From the NCBI GenBank assembly GCA_965224245.1, contig CBDCYW010000010.1, positions 9,617 to 73,616 of the forward strand: DNA of 64,000 bases, given 5' to 3'. Of the stretch, positions 61,595 through 64,000 are shown in pieces (within the stretch, counting starts at the first letter, position 1; every line of letters begins with the position of its first letter). The notes below the pieces were generated by a model. That model was not told the DNA's origin. It was given only the letters and a program-made list of their open reading frames with translations, and did not search any database. The translations under genes were made by a program, and so were the position numbers. This DNA comes from Candidatus Eiseniibacteriota bacterium (lineage in GTDB: Bacteria; Eisenbacteria; RBG-16-71-46; CAZAMP01).

Positions 61595-63070
61595 TCATCC
61601 AACTCTCTTACGGTCACACTCGGCGCCTGGGGTTGACAGTGACTTACGTCCCACGTGACCATTGTGCCCCGCAGCAGACCACGACGATCCGATCGCGGTA
61701 TCCGGTGCTGGCCGCCATCGGCCGTTGACCCGGAAAGAGAAGTTCCCCGCCAGGGTCAGCCTGGGCTCGCAGCGCCGCCACACGTTCCGCAATACCCGGA
61801 GGAAGATCCTGCGCAGGGAGTAAAACTCCTCCACGCACGCACGCATCTCGCCACGAAGTTCATCCGGGCCCAGAAGCCGATGGTTGACCACTGGATGGTT
61901 CAACGTGTAGAGCTGCCAATCCTGAGGGAAATCGGTGGCCGCTACGCCGCCGTCTCTTTCCATCCTGTCCCAGAGGCGAGTTCCCGGCAGGGGCGTTAGG
62001 TACAGGACGTTCAGGAAATCTAGACCGTAGTGCTGGGCGGTCTCGGCAATGCGTCGCCCGATTCCCGGGCGATCAACCTCGAGCCCGAGGATGAACGATC
62101 CCGCGACCGTGATGTGATGACGTTGGATGCGTCGGACGGATGCCCGAAAATCCTGGCTGCGGTGGAGGTTGTACTTCTTGTGTACTTCCCTCAGGCCATC
62201 CTCGGTGATCGACTCGAAGCCGATGAACGCACCGATGCAGCCAGCCCGGCGAGCCAGTGTGAGCAGCTCCTCGTCGTCGGCGATGTTGATCGTCGCCTGG
62301 CAGAACCAGCGCTTGTCGAGGCTGGCATCGATCATTGCACGGAACAGGTCCTTGGCACGAGCGATGTGGTCCCGGCGGGTGCCGATCAGGTTGTCGTCGA
62401 CGACCAGAACGTATCGTTCCCGGATCGACCGGAATTCCGCGACCACGTCGGCGATCGGTCGACGCCTGTACTTCCTTCCGTTGAAGGCACTGACGCTGCA
62501 GAAGCTGCAATCGAGTGGGCATCCACGCGTGGTCTGGATTGCCCCGAAGTAGTACCCGTCGGGAAGGAGGTCATGTCGGGCCGCGGGGGTGTGCTCGATG
62601 GGCTCGAGCGTCCCGCTGTATGTCGGTTTCAGCTTGCCGGCTGCCGCGTCCTCGAGCACCTCGGCCCACACGCTTTCGGCTTCCCCGATCACCACGGAAT
62701 CCACCCACTCCTCCGCCTCTTCCCGACGGAACGTGGCGTGGATGCCCCCCATCACCACGGGAACGCCCCGGGATCGGAATTCCGCGGCGATCTCATAGGC
62801 ACGTGGTGCCTGCGACGTGAAGGCGGTCACACCGACCAGGTCCGGGCGAGGCAATCGAGCGTAGTTCGGCGTATGAACGTTCTCGTCGACGACCGTGATG
62901 CCCCACTTGTCTGGCGTGAGTCCGGCCAGGACCAGCAATCCCAGGGGCTTCCAGACTCGGTAGCGGTTCCAGGGATTGCGCTTGTCGTGGAGCCGGGTGA
63001 GTGGGTTGCGTGGGTTGATCAAGAGCAGTCGCAGGGTATCGCCTCGGCTTCTGTCTTTTTGATCGATCAT
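61595..63070 (-). CDS. B12-binding radical SAM protein
   Basis: PLGL, VVMGGIH, GEAE, RGCPLDCSFC, DDN, PLPGT. Confidence 0.92.
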   Translation of the reverse strand: MIDQKDRSRGDTLRLLLINPRNPLTRLHDKRNPWNRYRVWKPLGLLVLAGLTPDKWGITVVDENVHTPNYARLPRPDLVGVTAFTSQAPRAYEIAAEFRSRGVPVVMGGIHATFRREEAEEWVDSVVIGEAESVWAEVLEDAAAGKLKPTYSGTLEPIEHTPAARHDLLPDGYYFGAIQTTRGCPLDCSFCSVSAFNGRKYRRRPIADVVAEFRSIRERYVLVVDDNLIGTRRDHIARAKDLFRAMIDASLDKRWFCQATINIADDEELLTLARRAGCIGAFIGFESITEDGLREVHKKYNLHRSQDFRASVRRIQRHHITVAGSFILGLEVDRPGIGRRIAETAQHYGLDFLNVLYLTPLPGTRLWDRMERDGGVAATDFPQDWQLYTLNHPVVNHRLLGPDELRGEMRACVEEFYSLRRIFLRVLRNVWRRCEPRLTLAGNFSFRVNGRWRPAPDTAIGSSWSAAGHNGHVGRKSLSTPGAECDRKRVG

Positions 63071-63776
63071 GGCTTGTTGCTCTCCCGGAGCAGCAGAACG
63101 ATCCGTCCCCGATCGGTCAGACTTCCCGACCGGACGAACACAGCGCTGCCGCCGGACGCCAGCAACCGTTCGATCACTGCGTCAACGGCGTCGTCGCCCT
63201 CGTCCCGGATGTCCACGTCCGGGGAAATCGCAGGCGGCTGGGACACCGTCACCAGACTCCCTCGGACGCGGAAATCCTCTTCCACCAGTAACATCCCACG
63301 GGTGCCGGCAGCCGCGGCCGCGGCGACCGCATCAAGCCCGGAGGCCAAGTGTCCGTCGCGCGAACAGCGGTCCAGGTCATGCATCCTCGATCGACCACGG
63401 AGGACATGGCCTCCTTGATCACGGGCCAGACCATCTGGCCCAGGTCACCGTCACGGGCTTGGGAACGATCGCCCTTCACCCGCCCGATCAGCGCCGTCCC
63501 ATGCGTCGTCACGAGGTCGAATGCCGACTGGAGTTCCTCGTCGCCCACGAGAATCAGCCCCAGTCGTTCACGCGAGTCGTAGTAGTCGAAGCAACGATCC
63601 ACCATGCGTACGTGTGCGTGAAGATCATCTCGGAGTCTGGCCGCCGGCGCGCCGATCGCGTGCTCGACCGGGAAGCCCTGGTTGTCCACGCGGATCAGCG
63701 CGTCACGGAACGCCTCGTAGAGCACCGATCGCTCGGTGCCCAGCGACAGCACGTAGTAATGGGTACTGAGCAGCAT
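63067..63776 (-). pseudogene. baeRF3-like release-factor-family protein, frameshift near 63386
   Basis: YYVLSL...LYEA...GFP then LLVEEDF...DAVDAVIE...GG in two frames. Confidence 0.6.
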
Positions 63777-63890
63777 CCAGGCACTAGCTCCCCTCTAGCT
63801 GTAGCGTAGGGGAGCGGCCCGGACCGGACCATCGGTCGCAAGAATGAAACTGGGACTAGTTCGAAAGGTGGGGATTGCCGATCACACCCG

Positions 63891-64000
63891 TCACCCGGTT
63901 TCTTTCCCCCGGACGAACGCGGCGATCTGAAGGCGCGAATGCAGAGTGAGCTTCTCGAGGATGTTGTGGACGTGGCTCTTGACAGTGTGCGTGGCGATGT
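63891..64000 (-). CDS. LuxR-type HTH regulator, C-terminal part (runs off the right edge)
   Basis: Manual translation IATHTVKSHVHNILEKLTLHSRLQIA. Confidence 0.85.
   Translation of the reverse strand, partial: IATHTVKSHVHNILEKLTLHSRLQIAAFVRGKETG

Overview
GC-rich bacterial accessory DNA. The many secreted proteins with FlgD-Ig-like or SWGxxKxxR C-termini suggest an Eisenbacteria/Krumholzibacteria/Latescibacteria-type host (inference). Four blocks. (1) 1-17.6 kb: a defence island ending at a displaced tRNA-Asn-like 3' end. It carries an ABC/AAA ATPase the ORF track missed, a type I R-M system (hsdRMS), an RtcR/CARF-like sigma-54 activator facing a sigma-54 promoter that points at a coiled-coil PD-(D/E)XK nuclease, and a Qat operon with an ASCH gene where qatD would be. 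(2) 17.9-36 kb: secreted beta-propeller, beta-helix and S8 protease genes broken by IS3 and IS66 elements, including nesting and probable IS-mediated deletions. (3) 36-41 kb: a minimal tyrosine recombinase near a Lys/Ala-rich gene whose 3' end plus a conserved hairpin occurs three times, with cargo genes in between. (4) 43.5-57.5 kb: a serine-recombinase/DUF2924 phage-like element with replication genes, methylase, ParB and terminase but no portal or capsid, followed by host-like genes. No CRISPR array, rRNA or complete tRNA was seen. All calls come from reading motifs by eye; no database search was run.
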